Source: the human T2T-CHM13v2.0 reference genome, Homo sapiens. From it: a stretch of 64,000 nt of DNA. Below are positions 45,401 through 60,369 of the stretch, one piece after another. Every line of letters begins with the position of its first letter. Position 1 is the stretch's first letter. The stretch lies in the NCBI RefSeq assembly GCF_009914755.1, contig NC_060927.1. One strand, written 5' to 3'. Under the pieces are notes generated by a model that was not told the origin of the DNA, ran no database searches, and worked only from the letters and a program-made list of their open reading frames with translations. The translations under genes were made by a program, and so were the position numbers.

Positions 45401-45480
45401 GCTCAAGTATTTCATTTTTGTCTTAACCCCATACCACCTGCTTTCTAATAAGGTTCATGATGGCTTCTCATTTGTTATTT
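42430..45480 (-). mobile_element. Old L1ME-like fragments (antisense, T-rich)
   Basis: ttctaatgagaaatctgg, ttgagcttcctggatctatg, tgtgcttgaaaagaac...gttgttggatgg. Confidence 0.6.
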
Positions 45481-46379
45481 GTTTCTGCACACAGGGTTAT
45501 AATAAAGTTTATGACTTTTCTTGTCTCCTTTCTAGAGTAGGCTGAATTTATGGTAACTCAGGTCCAATTACAGATATCTGGGGGACAATTATCACTCTTG
45601 TATTTATTGTTATTGAGAATATAGGTACATTTTTCCACCACTCAAAATTGCTAATTCCTGAAATTTTTGTTACTGGCATGGTTTGGTGTCTAATGCTGAA
45701 TTTGTGGTTACATAGCTACAAATTCTCTTTTTACACACATTGCCAAAATTCTATTATTTTATCTTCATCTCCAGAAAACCGAAACCTAGAAAGCTATTGC
45801 TTGCTCTTTTAGAATTCAGAACCATCCCTCATAGCAACTTTAATCAATTATTCTTATAGCTAGGGCACCCTAGTTTATATAAATATGTAGAGATATATTT
45901 ACTGACAGTTTTCTGTATAATATACTGTAACTTACTCTGGATTTCATTGCTAATTTTGTCTTACTATGTGAACTAATTATTTTTCCTATTATTCCTTAGC
46001 AGAGGATCCCCTATTAACTATTATAAGAAAATGTAGAGACATTTTCTTATAAAAACACTTCTCTTTTTACAAAGTGAAAGTTTTTTCTTGTACCCTTATT
46101 TTTGTAATCCATTTTCCTTTTCTTCAAATTCTAGTTCAAAATCATTTTATTTTATAAAATATAAACATGTCATATTTCAATTTATCTTAGAAAAGTAATT
46201 TCTCAATATTCATGGAAAAATGGAAATAGACTAAATAATGAATAATATATTTAGAGACATGGCAAGTTACTCCTTACGTGTTATTAAATTTAAAAAGCCG
46301 GAAATAAACCTGCACATAACTTTCTTTTAGTCTTTTTGTCCTCTCTGTACATCTAGTTATATATGAAAAGAAGACTCAA

Positions 46380-46721
<342 letters not shown>

Positions 46722-46867
46722 TTAATATGTTGGAAGTATATGTAGGTATGGATGATATTTTTATTACTTTATTGCCCATTTTATTACATTGTCAATTCTC
46801 TTCCCTGGGAAATTGAGTGTTGTTTCAGTTACTTGAATTGAAAGACAGGCATACAGTCTGTAAACTA

Positions 46868-48346
46868 CAGTCATGCATTGCTTAACAGTGGGAATAAATT
46901 CTGACAAATGTGTCATTTGGTAATTTTGTCATTGTGTGGTTATTTGTCATAGAGTGTAGTTAAACAAACCTACATGGGACAGCCTACTACACACCTAGGC
47001 TACATGGTATAGCCTCCTGCTCATAGGCTATAAACCTGTACAGCATGTTACTGTACTAAATACTGTAGGCAATTGTAACACAATGACATTTGTGTATCTA
47101 GACATATCTAATCATTGAAACGGTACAGTTAAAATATGGTACAGAGACTTAAAAAAAAGATACACCTGTCTAGGGAACTTACCATGAATAAAGCTTGCAG
47201 GGCTGAAAGTTGTTCTGAATGAGAGCGTGAGTTAGTGAGTGATGAGTGAATATTAAGGCCTGAAATATTTCTATTCACTATTGTACATTTTACTAACATT
47301 GTTCACAAAGTACAATAAATTTTTAAAGTATTATTTTATTTCATGAATAGTAAATTACACTTAGCCTACAGTAACATTTTTACTTTTAAACTTAAAAAAA
47401 AATTTTAGGCCACTCTTTTGTTATAACACTTATTAAAACAAACACATTGTAGAGCTGTAAAAAAATTTTCTTTCCTTATATCCTTATACTATAAGCTTTT
47501 TTACATTTTTAAATATTTTATTTACTTTTTTTTTTTACTTGGTAAAATTTTTTTTAAAAAGTAAGGTGCAAACACACACATTAGCCTAGGCCTACAAAGT
47601 GTCAGAATTGTCAATATCAGTGACTTCCACCTCTACATTTTGTACCACTGGGAGATCTTCAGGAACAAGAACACACATAGTTGTCATATGTCAACACACA
47701 CAGAGCTGCCATCTCCTATATAGTAATGCCTTCCTCTGGAATATCTCTGGAAACACCTGCCTGAGGCTATTCTATAGTTTTTTGTTTGTTTGGTTGGTTT
47801 GTTGGGTTTTTTGTTTGTTCGTTTGTTTTAGACAGTGTCTCACTCTGTTGCCTAGGTCAGAAAGTAGTGGCATGATCAGTTCACTTCAGCCTCAACCTTC
47901 TCGTCCTCCCACTTAAGCATTCTGAGTAGCTGAGACTACAGGCGCATGCCATGACACCCAGCTAATTTTTTTTTAATTTTGGTAGAGAAGGGTATCACTG
48001 TGTTGCCCCGACTTAATTTTTTTTATATAAGTAGAGTATACTTTAAAATTTTGATTTAAAATTTAGTACACAAAATACACAAGTCAGTAAGTTAGCTTAT
48101 CATGATTATCAAGTATCATGTACTATATATAATTATATGTGCTATACTTTTATCCATCAGGAAGCACAGTAAGTTTGTTTACACCAGCATTGCCCCAAAA
48201 ATGTGAGTATTGTGTTTCACTTCAACATTACAAAGGCTACCGTGTCACGAGGCAATAGAGTTTTTTCGGCTTTATTATCATTTATGGAAGCACCATTGTA
48301 TATGCAGTCCATCGTTGTCTTAAACATTGTTATGTAGCATATACTG
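46868..48346 (+). mobile_element. Tigger3b (Golem/MER7-type) DNA transposon
   Basis: ta|cagtcatgcattgcttaac...cattgttatgtagcatatactg|ta; tagcctactacacacctaggct-type core. Confidence 0.85.
47778..48010 (-). mobile_element. Truncated AluJ-like element inside Tigger3b
   Basis: (GTTT)n tail, gacagtgtctcactctgttgcctagg...cagcctcaacc...gctaattttt. Confidence 0.8.
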
Positions 48347-51269
48347 TACTTGAAACTGACAAGAGTCATTACTGATGGGTTCATAGACTATACCCAAATA
48401 GTGCCTTATTAAAACAATTTGTTATAATTAAACTTAGAGCTCAAGCTTATACTTCCTTTCAAAATAGCATTTTGTATTATTTTTCAAAGCAAAAGATATG
48501 CATTATTTTAGGTTTGCCCATGTTCCTAAATAATTTCAATGGAATTTTAAAGCATTCCAAAATCTTAAATGAAGGAAACTATTTTTCAGTTATGAATTCA
48601 ATCATTATGTATTTGTGACACAATCATTAATTGATCATGACATATTACTTTGGAATTTTAATTAAAACTTTTCTCACCCTCAGTGCAATTGTCTTGTACA
48701 TATATTTTTTCTGTTTGGATGCTGTGGTCACTTTTGAAAATAGCTCCCTTCATATCCCTTCTTTCATGAGAAAATGATTGCCCTTTCCTCTCTGTTTTAT
48801 TTATCTTTATTTCTCTTTCAAATACTAAACAGAAAACTAAATATACTTTTCATTCTAGATGATATTGATATAGTCTAAAAGTCTAAGCTATTTTCTTTCC
48901 AAGCTTTTTTCAAACAGCTTCAATGGTCTTCATTTCAGAGTTGTTTTCTTCTAATTCTTTATGTGCATACATTGTGTTTATATTTATATATAAAACCTAA
49001 CAGTGTATTTTCTGCTGCAAGATATTTTAAACTAGATAACTCCATAGTTGTTTAAGTAACTTATTCTTATCATTATCTTTCATTGAAAGAGTTGTCAATC
49101 TCACATGTAATAGCCAAGAAGACACAGACTCTTCAGGGCTAAACCCAGGCAATATTATATTGATTTCTTTGCATTTTGATACCTTGACAGCTAGTAAATT
49201 TAGTATTTCTCAAAGTACTGTTGAATATCTCAAAAGCAATTTTCCCTAAAAATCTTACCAACTCATTTTGAAATATGCTTTTTAAGATATATGATTAAAA
49301 TTTAATTTCAGACTTACAAGAGTATCATGTTGCTTTTCATAGAGGGTACTTCTATTTTATTATTTTAAACTTCATTTGATTTGAATGACAGTGGCTTTTA
49401 AAATCAGCTCTTTAGAAAATTATATAACATTACTAATATTTTATGGAGTTGTAAAGATAGTAATCGGAATATTCTCCTCCTCAAGGACCAACTGAATTAC
49501 TTCTAACAAAGAAAATCCCTAATATTATTTCTACTGCTCTACAAATGTGATATATAATGTGTGTATACTTGTAAATTGGTATGCATACACACGCACACAA
49601 ACTTGTACATTTTCTCACACCCTAACTAGGTAACTTCTTTATACTAAAAATCACTAGTCTTTCTGTTTCATCAGTATGATCCCACAAATATTACAGTGAG
49701 AATTAAGGGGGAAAAGTAAAATAGCTGAAGTGACCCACATCAATCTCTGAAAACATAATATGCTTTTTCACTATTAAAATAAAACTTTCTAAAACCTGTT
49801 AGTGTAGAAATAACAGCAGATTCTGTTACAGTAGTTGGAATAGTAAGAAGAGAGTTACTGCTTTGAGGCTCTGATGAGTCCTCAGAGGTAACCTGAAAAA
49901 CGACACCAGATGGCTGTAGAAGAGATCATTGTAATGATACTGATGTAGTCAACCTTTCATTGTTCATCAACATGGCAATGCCCATCTGCATTCTATAAAC
50001 TCTATGACCTGGACTTGCCCCATAGCCTCATTTATTGGTAGGAATCAATTTTGTTTTGCCAAGTCATGTCCAGAAAAGAGCCAATGCATATGCAAATAAG
50101 CAAACTTTAGTCACACAAAATCCATTTCCATTATCCTGATAATCCTCCCCTAACTCTATATATAATTTTGAGGATGATACTTCTTGTTGGCCATGGGTAC
50201 TTTGTGTAAACCTCACAACTTTTATTTGGCCAATTTCTTTTGACTGTCTTATTCAAAATTCCTTACTAATGGTTCATTACAGTCATTTTCTCAACGAGAT
50301 CAGATGATAAATCTCATTCCACATTATAATTCAGCTTAAGTAATATTCAAATTAGCCAAAATTAGTGTAGCTGCTATGAACAGATGAATGTGCTCTTTCA
50401 TTTATGCTGTCACTAAAACTCTGCCCATTATATTTTACCAAACCAAAACATTAATATTTTCTAAATAGTAAAATACAGCTCCTAAAGTACAATATACATC
50501 ATTGCATTTATTTCATCATTGAATTAAAATTCTTTTCTTATCCCATATGACACATAGAGTGGCCATTTGCATAACATAACCAATGTCTTCGAATTGTCTC
50601 TTAAATAATAATTAAATAATTATATGCAGGTATGTTTTGTTGTTGTTTTTTTTCATATTTTATTTGTAAATAGCTTCTGTACTGGCCATGTGGGACAATC
50701 ACAATAACAAATCACATATTCTGAGCATTACTATATGTTCTATATTTCTGTCAAATTTATCTCACTCATTTAGATGATTTTCTTAAAGCATATAAGATGT
50801 CTTCATAGTTGAAAAATTAATTAAAATTATGCATATAATATTTCTTGTAGCCCAAGGATTTCTAAAGAACAAAAATAATTTGAGAAAAAATTCTCCCTTT
50901 TCCCTTCATTTGGGATGTCCTCTTTTCTTTATTCAACTTATTCTTCAATGCCAACTCAAATTTTTTTCTTATCCATCAATATTTCTTTGATTTTCCCTGT
51001 TAGAAAAATCTCTCACTATATGGAGCTTTTGTATTATTTTATCTTTGCCTTGTTTATAGCATTTTAATTTTTACTTCGAATTACAATTATTCGTATCCCT
51101 AGTATCTTTCTTTAAAAAGCTAAACACATTAATCTTAGAGTCTGAAACCTCTTAACTTTTATATCTTTTATAATAGTTTTCACGGACATCTGCATCCATT
51201 AATGTCTAATTAAATTATTCAATAAATTATTCCTGAATAATAAAGCAATCAATATGTTTGAAAAACACT

Positions 51270-51900
51270 GTTTCATAGGTGAAGAGTTAGAGGAAATGAG
51301 ATGTCAGAATGAAAAAGGCAGGCTATGTGAGGCGTTTTTGGTCATTATAAGTGCTTTGGATTTTACTCTAGGGGACCTGGAAAGCCATTGGAAGATGGTA
51401 TCCAAAAAGTCACACAATGTGATTTATGGAATTTTTTTTTTTTTTTTTTTTTGAGACGGAGTCTCGCTCTGTCGCCCAGGCTGGAGAGCAGTGGCGCGAT
51501 CTCGGCTCACTGCAAGCTCCGTCTCCAGGGTTCACGCCATTCTCCTGCCTCAGCCTCCTGAGTAGCTGGGACTACAGGCGCCCGCCACCACGCCCGGCTA
51601 ATTTTTTTTGTTATTTTAGTAGAGACGGGGTTTCACTATGCTGGGCAGGATGGTCTCGATTTCCCGACCTCGTGATCTGGCTGCCTCAGCCTCCCAAAGT
51701 GCTGGGATTACAGGCGTGAGCCACTGCGCCCGGCTGTGATTTATGTTTTAGAAGAATATTGGATATGATTTGAGGAATGCATTGTAGTGGGGCAAAATAA
51801 TAAAAGAAGTTTATTTAGAAGGCTATTATCACATTCCATGTAGAGATAACAATAGTTTGAACAAGGTAGAAATTTTGGAGTTGATGAGAAATACTTAGAA
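51270..51900. mobile_element. L2 fragments (further pieces ~52400-52620 and ~56820-57100)
   Basis: tttggattttactct...aagccattggaag...agaaggctatt...gtagagataac. Confidence 0.6.
51432..51734 (-). mobile_element. AluY
   Basis: CpG-rich; gcaagctccg, ttcacgccattctcc, ggcgcccgccaccacgcccggc; TSD tgtgatttatg at 51418-51428 and 51735-51745. Confidence 0.96.
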
Positions 51901-51914
51901 TACAGATACATTGG

Positions 51915-52375
51915 ACAAAAACCACATGACTATCTCAACAGAAAAAAATATTTTACAAAAGCCAACACTTTCTTTTTTTAAAAAAAAAAAAATCCAACAT
52001 ACTAGAAATAAAAGAAAACTTTCTTAACCTGGTGAAGGGCATCTATGAAAAACCCATAGCTAACGTACATTTAATGGTGCAAAACTGAAACCTTTGCCTT
52101 TCAGGTAGGGAACAAGGCAAGCATGTCCTCTGTAGTACTGGCTTTTGTTTTTGCTGATTTTTCAGATCAAAATGTTCGTCAATTAGATAGTGGTGATGAT
52201 TGCCCAACTTTGTGAATATACTAAAAATCACTAAATTGTTTTTCAGATCAAAATGTTCGTCAATTAGATAGTGGTGATGATTGCCCAACTTTGTGAATAT
52301 ACTAAAGATCACTAAATTGTATACTTTGAAAGGATATCTATTATAATATGTGAATTACATGTCAATTGTAAAAAT
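51915..52375 (+). mobile_element. L1M fragments (ORF2 piece plus 3' tip) containing an 81-bp tandem duplication
   Basis: aaaaccacatgactatctcaacag; aagggcatctatgaaaaacccatagctaac; tagtggtgatgattgcccaactttgtgaatatactaaa. Confidence 0.75.
52159..52320. repeat. 81-bp tandem duplication (2 copies, 1 mismatch)
   Basis: 52159-52239 vs 52240-52320. Confidence 0.95.
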
Positions 52376-52727
52376 TGGTATATTTAAAAGTTAATTTCTA
52401 AGAATTGCTACAAGATGTGATAGAGACAGAAGCAAGAAATCACTCCACCATTTTGTCCTAACAACTGGTAAAATAGAGTTGTCATTTTCTAAGTTCAGAA
52501 AGACTGTGAGGAGTATTATGTTGTTGTTGACTTTCTTATGTACAGAAATGAATGAAGTAGAATTCAGAAAGTAAATTTGAAGTGTCTATAAATCAAGTTG
52601 ATTGATTGACAAGTAGGTAAGACTGATAATTTATTTTTGTCATCTATTAATTTTTAATTTAGATATAATTCATATAATATGACCAACATCATCTTTTTAA
52701 ATGTGCAATTCAGTAGTTTTTAGTATA

Positions 52728-55700
52728 CAGGCATACGTTGAAGATATTGCTGGTTTGATTCCAGATCATCACAACAAACTGAGTATCTCAGTAAAGCAAG
52801 TCACATAATTGTTTTGGTTTCCTAACACATATAAAAGTTGTGTTTGCACTATAAGATGGTCTACTAAGTGTGCGATAGCATTAGGTCAAAAAAAGTATAC
52901 ATACCTTAATTGAAAAACTTTATTGCTAAAAAATGTTAAGAATCATCTCACAATTTAGTGCATCATAATATTTTGCTGCTGGAGGATGTTGTCTCGATGT
53001 TGATGGTTATTGACTGATCAGGGTAATGGTTGCTGAAGATTGGGGTAGCTATGGCAATTTTTTCAATTAAGAAAACAATGAAGTTTGCTGCATTGATTGA
53101 CTATTTTCAAGAAAGATTTTTCTTTAGCTTGTGATGTTATTGGATAACGTTTTACTCATTGTGGAACTTCTGGAGTCAATTATCTAAAAGCCTGCTACTG
53201 CTTTAACTACCTTTACGTAATTTTCTGGATGTTTGTTGTCATTTCCACAATATTCACAGCATATTTACCAGGAATAAGTTCCGTTTCAAGAAGCCACTTT
53301 CTTTGATCGTCCATAAGAAACAATTGCTTTTCCATAAAGTTTTCTCATGAAATTGCAGGATTTCAGGCTCCACTTCTAAATCCAGTCCTTATGCTATTTC
53401 CATCACATCTGCATTGATTCCTTCCACTAAAAGTCTTGAATTCCATAGTCATCCATGATGATTGAATTCAACTTCTTCCAAATTCCTCTTAATATTGATA
53501 TTTTGACCTCCTCCCATGAACCGCAAATGTTCTTAATGGCATCTAGAATGGCGCATCTTTTCCAGAAGGTTTTCAATTTACTTTGCTCAGACCTATACTA
53601 GGAATCACTATCCTCTGTGACAGCGATGGCCTTATGAAATGTACTTCTTGAACAATAATACTTGAAAGTTGAAATTACTTCTTGTTCCCTGGGTTATAGA
53701 AGAAATGTGTTAGCAGGCATGAAAACAACATTAATTTCCTTATAAATATCCATTAGAACTTTTGAATGAAATGGTACATTGTCAATAAGCAGTCATATTT
53801 TGAAAGGAATCTTTTTCCTGAATGGTAGGTCTCAACAGTAGGTTTAAAATGTTCAGTAAACCATGCTGTAAGCAGATGTGCTCTCATCCAGACTTTTTCT
53901 TCCATTTATAGAGCACAATCAAAGCAGATTTAGCATAATTTTTAAAATCCTTAGGAATTTCAAAATAGTGAAAGAGCATTGGCTTCACTTACAGTGACCA
54001 GCTGCATTAGCCCCTAATAAGAAAGGTCAGCCTGTTATTTGAAGCTTTGAAGCCAGGAATTGACTTTTTGTCTCTAGCTATAAGAGTTTTTGATGGCATC
54101 TTCTTCAAATACAAAGTTGTTCTGTTTACATTGAAAATCTATTGTAGCCACCTTCATCAATTACCTTAGCTAGATCTTCTACATAACTTGCACCCACTTC
54201 TATATCAGCATGTGCTGTTACATCCTGCACATTTATGTTATAAAAATGGCTTCTTTTTATTATTTATTTATTTATTTTTATTTTTTTATTATACTTTAAG
54301 TTTTAGGGTACATATGCACAACGTGCATGTTTGTTACATATGTATACATGTGCCATGTTGGTGTGCTGCACCCATTAACTTGTCATTTAACATTAGGTAT
54401 ATCTCCTAATGCTATCCCTCCCCCCTCCCCCCACCTCACAATAGACCCCGGTGTGTGATGTTCCCCTTCCTGTGTCCATGTGTTCTCATTGTTCAATGCC
54501 CACCTATGAGTGAGAATATGCGGTGTTTGGTTTTTTGTCCTTGCGATAGTTTGCTGAGAATGATGGTTTCCAGCTTCATCCATGTCCCCACAAAGGACAT
54601 AAACTCATCATTTTTTTATGGCTGCATAGTATTCCATGGTGTATATGTGCCACATTTTCTTAATCCAGTCTATTATTGATGGACATTTGGGTTGGTTCCA
54701 AGTCTTTGCTATTGTGAATAGTGCCACAATAAACATACATGTGCATGTGTCTTTATAGATGCATGTTTTATAATCGTTTGGGTATATACCCAGTAATGGG
54801 ATGGCTGGGTCAAATGGTATTTCTAGTTCTAGATCCCTGAGGAATCACCACACTGACTTCCACAATGGTTGAACTAGTTTACAGTCCCACCAACAGTGTA
54901 AAAGCACTCTTATTTCTCCACATCCTCTCCAGCACCTGTTGATTCCTGACTTTTTAATGATCGAAAAGGGCTTCTTTTCAAACTTCACAAAGCAATCTCT
55001 GCTACTTCCAATCTTCTGCAGTTTATTCACCCCTCTGAGCCTTCATAGAACTGAAGAGAGTTAAAGCCTTGCTCTGGATTCAGCTTTGGCTTAAGGTAAG
55101 GCTGTATCTGATTTGATTTTGTATACAAACCACTGAAACTTTTACATCTCAGCAGTAAGTGTTGCTTTTGTTTCATTTCTGTATTCACTAGAGTAGCCCT
55201 TTTAATTTCCTTCAAGAACTTTTCCTTTGCAAACACAGAATGGCTTGCTGTTTGGCACAAGAAACCTAGCTTTTGCTCTATCTCCACTTTAAATATGCCC
55301 TACTTACTAAGCTTAATCATTTCTAGCTTTTGATTTAAAGTGAGATATATGTGATTCTTCCTTTTACTTGAACACTTAGAATCCATTGTGGAGCTATTAA
55401 TCAGCATAATTTTAATAGTGTTGTGTCTTAGGGAGTAGGGAAACCAAAGAAGGGAGAGACAAGGAATGGCTGCATATTAAATTCACTGTCTTATGTGGGC
55501 ACACTTGTGGCACCCCAAAGCAACTATGACAGTAGCATCAGAAATCACTGATCATGTATCACCATAAAAGATATCATAATAATGACAAAGTTTGAAATAT
55601 GATGAGAATTACCAAAATGTCACATAGAGACCTGAAGTGAGTACATGCTATTGAAAAAACAGTTAGGGTCCAAAGACTTGCTCAGTGCAGGGTTACCAAA

Positions 55701-55758
55701 ACCTTCCATTTGTAAAAAATGCAATATCTCCAAAGTACAATAAAACAAGGTGTGCCTG
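52728..55758 (-). mobile_element. Near full-length Tigger1 (~2.3 kb after removing the L1), transposase disrupted
   Basis: ta|caggcatacgttgaagatattgc...aaacaaggtgtgcctg|ta; ORF 55027- gives Tigger transposase-like text (KEKFLKEIK.AT.VNT.M). Confidence 0.92.
54258..54963 (-). mobile_element. L1PA3-like 3' end
   Basis: PolyT, 3'UTR, ORF2 C-terminus; TSD aaaa(t/g)ggcttctttt at 54243-54257 and 54964-54978. Confidence 0.93.
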
Positions 55759-58700
55759 TATCCAAAAAATTGTTTGACCCCCAGCGCTATATAATCTTAG
55801 AACACTTTTATCAGCTTAATAGACAGACCCAGAAAATATTTGTAATCACTGTCCATTCCACTCTTTCCATAGCCTCTGTGTACCATTAATCTATGATGTA
55901 TCTCTGTGGATTTGCTTATTTTGAGCATTTCATATTAATGGGATCATACATGTCTCTTCTATCAGCTTCTTTCAGCTAACATATTGTTTTCCAGATGTAT
56001 CCATTTTGCAGCAGGTATTTATTCCTTTTGTGTCTAAATAATATTCTATTATATGGATATACCACATTGTTTATTCAATCATCAATCGAAGAACATCATT
56101 TTAACTTTTTGGCTATTATGAATAAAACTGCTATAAACATTTGTGTACATGTTTTTGCGTGAATTTATTTTTTAATTTGCCTTGGCATATACCTAGGAGT
56201 AGAATTGCTGGGGCATATAGTACGTCTGTTTGTCTTTTCAGGAACTGTGCAACTATTGTACACAACAATGGCATCATTTTACATTCCTACCATCAATGTA
56301 TGTAGGTTCCAATTCCCACATGCTTATCAATACTTGTTATTTTTCATCTTTTTAATTATAGTCCTATTAGTGGGAATAAAGTGGTATCTCGTTGTCACTT
56401 TAATTTGCATACTTTAATGACTAATAATGTTGAGCAAGTTTTCATGTGCTCATTGGCCACTTATATATCTTTTTTTTCAAAGAAAAATGTTCATTTAAAT
56501 ATTTTCCCCATTTTAATTAGGTCACTGGATGTTTTTTGTTGTAATGTAAAGATGTGTTATGTATTTTGGAAACTAAGCCTTTATCAGATTTATGATTTTC
56601 AAACATTGTCTTTTATGTTGTCAACTGTTTTCTTTTTACTTCAAAGCAAGAAAAAAATAAATTTGATGAAGTACAATAATTCAATTAAACTATTCTTGTG
56701 TTTTTTTTAGGAATTTATGTTACTTTAATAAAATATGTTTGTCTTAATTTATAAAACCAATTATGTAATCCACTAACACAAAGGGAAATGCACTTTGGGA
56801 AAAAAAAACTATTTTATTGAGTACATTTAGACCCTGGAATTTATAAAGACCATCATGTCAATGAGTGTGTGTGGAGAAAATGCACAGGACAGAGTCCTTA
56901 TAAACTCCAAAATTCAGTGGTCAGAGAGATGTGGAATAAAAAGTAAAGGAGACTTAGAAGTGTTCTAAGAATTCAAGCTATTGATAAAATATTTCCCTGG
57001 GCATCAAGTGTTGAGAAAGTTTAAATAAAAGTGCAATATTAACGGTGTCAACATTTTTTCAAAATAGATGAGAACTCAGAAATAACCATCTCACCACTTC
57101 GAATCTAACAGGCCTCCAAAATTAGGATTATTTCCTCAGCAGATAGTGAGAGGAAAAACAGAATATTAGGGAGTCAGATTTGTTAATTTCTTGCCTCACA
57201 TAATATATCAGTAACTATTTTATCATTAACTCTACTACCAGTTTATTTCTATATTTCATTTTGTTAACCTGGTATTTTTTTTCTTTTCCTTTTGTGCTAT
57301 ATGCAGAAGGAATGATTTTCAAGCTCGATAGGCATCTTTCCTACTGGACATTTTTAGCAGGTCCATAATTGGTAATTCTTTTTGTGGTTTCTTTGTTGTG
57401 ATAAGCAACAATGACAAAAATATAAACTTAATGTGTTACTTGTCAAATTTTGGTTCTTTTTATTTGTATTTCATAGATTCGATTTTCATCATGCACAAAA
57501 TCCATGAATTACATCTTGTAATAAGCAAATCTTATTCAATAAAAATAAATTAAAGAAATAATATTTTGTAGAAAAAAGTATTGCTTTAGTCAGGTAAAAA
57601 TTATAAAAACAAAACAAAACAGCAAACCAGAGCTAATCTGGCTGGTCTTCTTGGGTCATATTCCTGTTTGTGGCACTGATCTATGTTTCTCTGCAGTGCC
57701 TCTCACTATGGAAGTTAGGCACTCGACAGAAATATTGGACTGTAAAAATGATAAATGGGTAGTGAAACTCCTTCCTTATCTTTAGTATATAGTGCCTGTG
57801 TCAAGTTGAACACTGAAGGGAACAGGTTCCACCAAGCTTGAGAGTAAAGTTTAAAGTTGGTTAAAGTTGATTACATTTATTTCTTATTAAATTTCTTTTA
57901 ATTCTTACATTCCTCCTTAATTATTGCTGTACCTCTTCTTCAGCTGTGTGGGGAAGAAAACTAACAAATTACAAATTAATTCTATTATATATTACTTTAA
58001 GTATTGTTTTATTTATTAGGGAAGAAGATATGTCTTGCCCTTTTTATATCAATTAATTAAAATAATTCTACTTACTTTATGATAAATGCAGGTTTTTTAT
58101 TATTTATATTTAAAGATGGCTGGCATTGAGAACTTTCTGTGTTAGTATTACTTGACAAAATGAAAAAGACTGTTTGCTCAAATGCTCAAGAAAACTACAA
58201 AACAGAGTAAAACAATGAAGTTTACGGAAGAGAGTGCACATTTTTCAACATATTTGCGCTAACATCATATGGGAAGCAGTACTGGGAGGCAGGATCAGCG
58301 TGATTAGGGTATTGTAGGCCAATTCTACTTGGCGATCAGATGCAGCACAGCTGTAACTTTCATAGAAAATTCTGTGCCAAGCACAAATAAAAGAGGTCAA
58401 CTGGATGTGAGAAATCCATTCATAACTACTCTCAGCTCTTTACTGGCAGCATTTTTCTTTATCAAAAGCATAGCACAGAGAGATAAAGTGTTGTAAGACG
58501 TAAGATCACTAACAAATCTGGACAAAAATACTCATGTTCTATCTTTAGACTTTTTACACCTTGATAGTGTATACTCCTCTAAGCTAAAAATTGATAGGTA
58601 AATGACCTCTGTCAGTTTAATATTAATGATGGACATATTTATGGCACTGGATTAACTGCATATGGCATATTAATGACAATTTGTTCAGACTATAGTATCT

Positions 58701-60369
58701 CAGAAATGGAAAATCTCAAGAAACTCCTATAAATTCAAGTTGGGCTGTCACAGAACAGGCACTCATGCAAGTGATTTGGATTTTGAAGAGCAGTAGCCAC
58801 ATATATCAGCAAGTATATATGTGTGATTCTCCACTTGCAGTATTTATTTAACCAGGGTTGTAACTTATCTGTAGTTTACTTACATACCATGTGTTTTTAA
58901 TTTAATATTATATACCAGAAACACTGTTAAAGATATTTCATTCTTCAATTTCACAAAGCCCTATGGAGTATTTGAAGAATATAAAGTGTGCTTCTTATGG
59001 TCCAGACCCTGTATTTATGGTAGCACTAAAACAGTGAGCAAAACTATACCTTATTTCTGTTCTAACAAAGACAAAGTTATAATGGGGTAGATAAAACTAT
59101 TGAAATAATCACAAAGATTAACTGAGCCTTGTAGATTTCAAGTAACTTTCCAAAAATTATGCATTTTGTAAGTTACTGAACAGAGAAAGAAACCCAGTAT
59201 GTCTCATTCCGGACCCGAGACTAGTAGCCATTGCATTATGATATAGTTTCTACTTTCAATAAAGAGTTATCCTGTTCATTATAAAGATAAATAAAAATAC
59301 AATTTCTCATATTTACAAATATATTTGTTTATTTTATAAGAAATGTTTGAGATTTAATTCCTTCAACTCTAAATGTATTAAAAACATATTTTGCTACAAA
59401 TAATAAATGTTGATGTTATGTTCAATTAAAAATTCTTAGGCCAAGCTTGTTAAACATTGCTAAAAATTAGCATCTGATACTTGTAGCTGAGAAAGCTTTT
59501 TACCCCTCGATCACACAATAAAATGAATCTTTATCTAGATAATTAACAATAGCAATAAAGGCTAATAAGCTTCAAATTTTGATTAGTCACAATGAACTAG
59601 GACACTATTATTGTGGTAATATTTCATTTTGTTCATGTAAAATTTATTTTTCTAGCATATCAAAATCAGATGTGGGTCAAGATGCTTTCTAAGTATTGAC
59701 TCTCTAAGTATTGGGTTTTATATTGTGACACTTACCTTGTAAACAGCATGCTATGGGCAATTTTGTATATGGTTTTCGTGGGGAAGCCTGAGAGTGACAT
59801 GTAACTTTCTCCAATCTTAGTGCCAGAACCCTGCAGTATAACCTCAACCTTAGTGCAAGTGATGCTGGGAAATATCTTCCTTCATAACCACAAGGAGAAA
59901 TATAGCATAAGATTCGAGAATACCACAGCATTCCCATTGCAACTTTACTTTTTGGTAAGTATCATCAATTGTAAAGAAGATTTTTATATAAATTGTTATC
60001 AAAATAAGGAATGATTATTTCACATATCTACAATTACATTTTTAGAGTATAAGGTACTTTTATTCTCAACCATTTTGAAATACTGGTCACATACAAATAT
60101 TAGTAATTCAGGTATGCAAATCAAATACAGCTGACATGCAGGAGGAAATACTGATAACTGCATTGATATCGGGAACCTACTGAATGTCCACCTAACAGGC
60201 AATGCACTAATCTTTCCACATATATCAAACCTGAAGTTTTTCATGGGATTATTATGTTATTTGAGAAGAATAAATGAATCTCAAAATAATAAATCCAAAA
60301 GACAGCCAAATACTCTTCCCAACTTGATTCTTGCTGAATTGGAGCGTATTTACGGAGTATGGGATCAAG

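Larger units (their letters stand above)
52645..56700 (-). mobile_element. L1MB-like element split by Tigger1 (pieces ~52645-52727 and ~55760-56700)
   Basis: agatataattcatataa...gtgcaattcagtagtttttagtata, resuming after Tigger1; atacctaggagtagaattgctgg. Confidence 0.72.

Noticed and set aside
54485-54510. Third L1PA as a member of the converted L1 pair (shares aatgcccacc)
   Set aside because: It lacks the other diagnostics, including the TGA stop (reads cagtgtaaaag), so a single shared base is probably homoplasy
52728-55758. Functional or domesticated Tigger transposase
   Set aside because: No long ORF remains and it is interrupted by an L1PA
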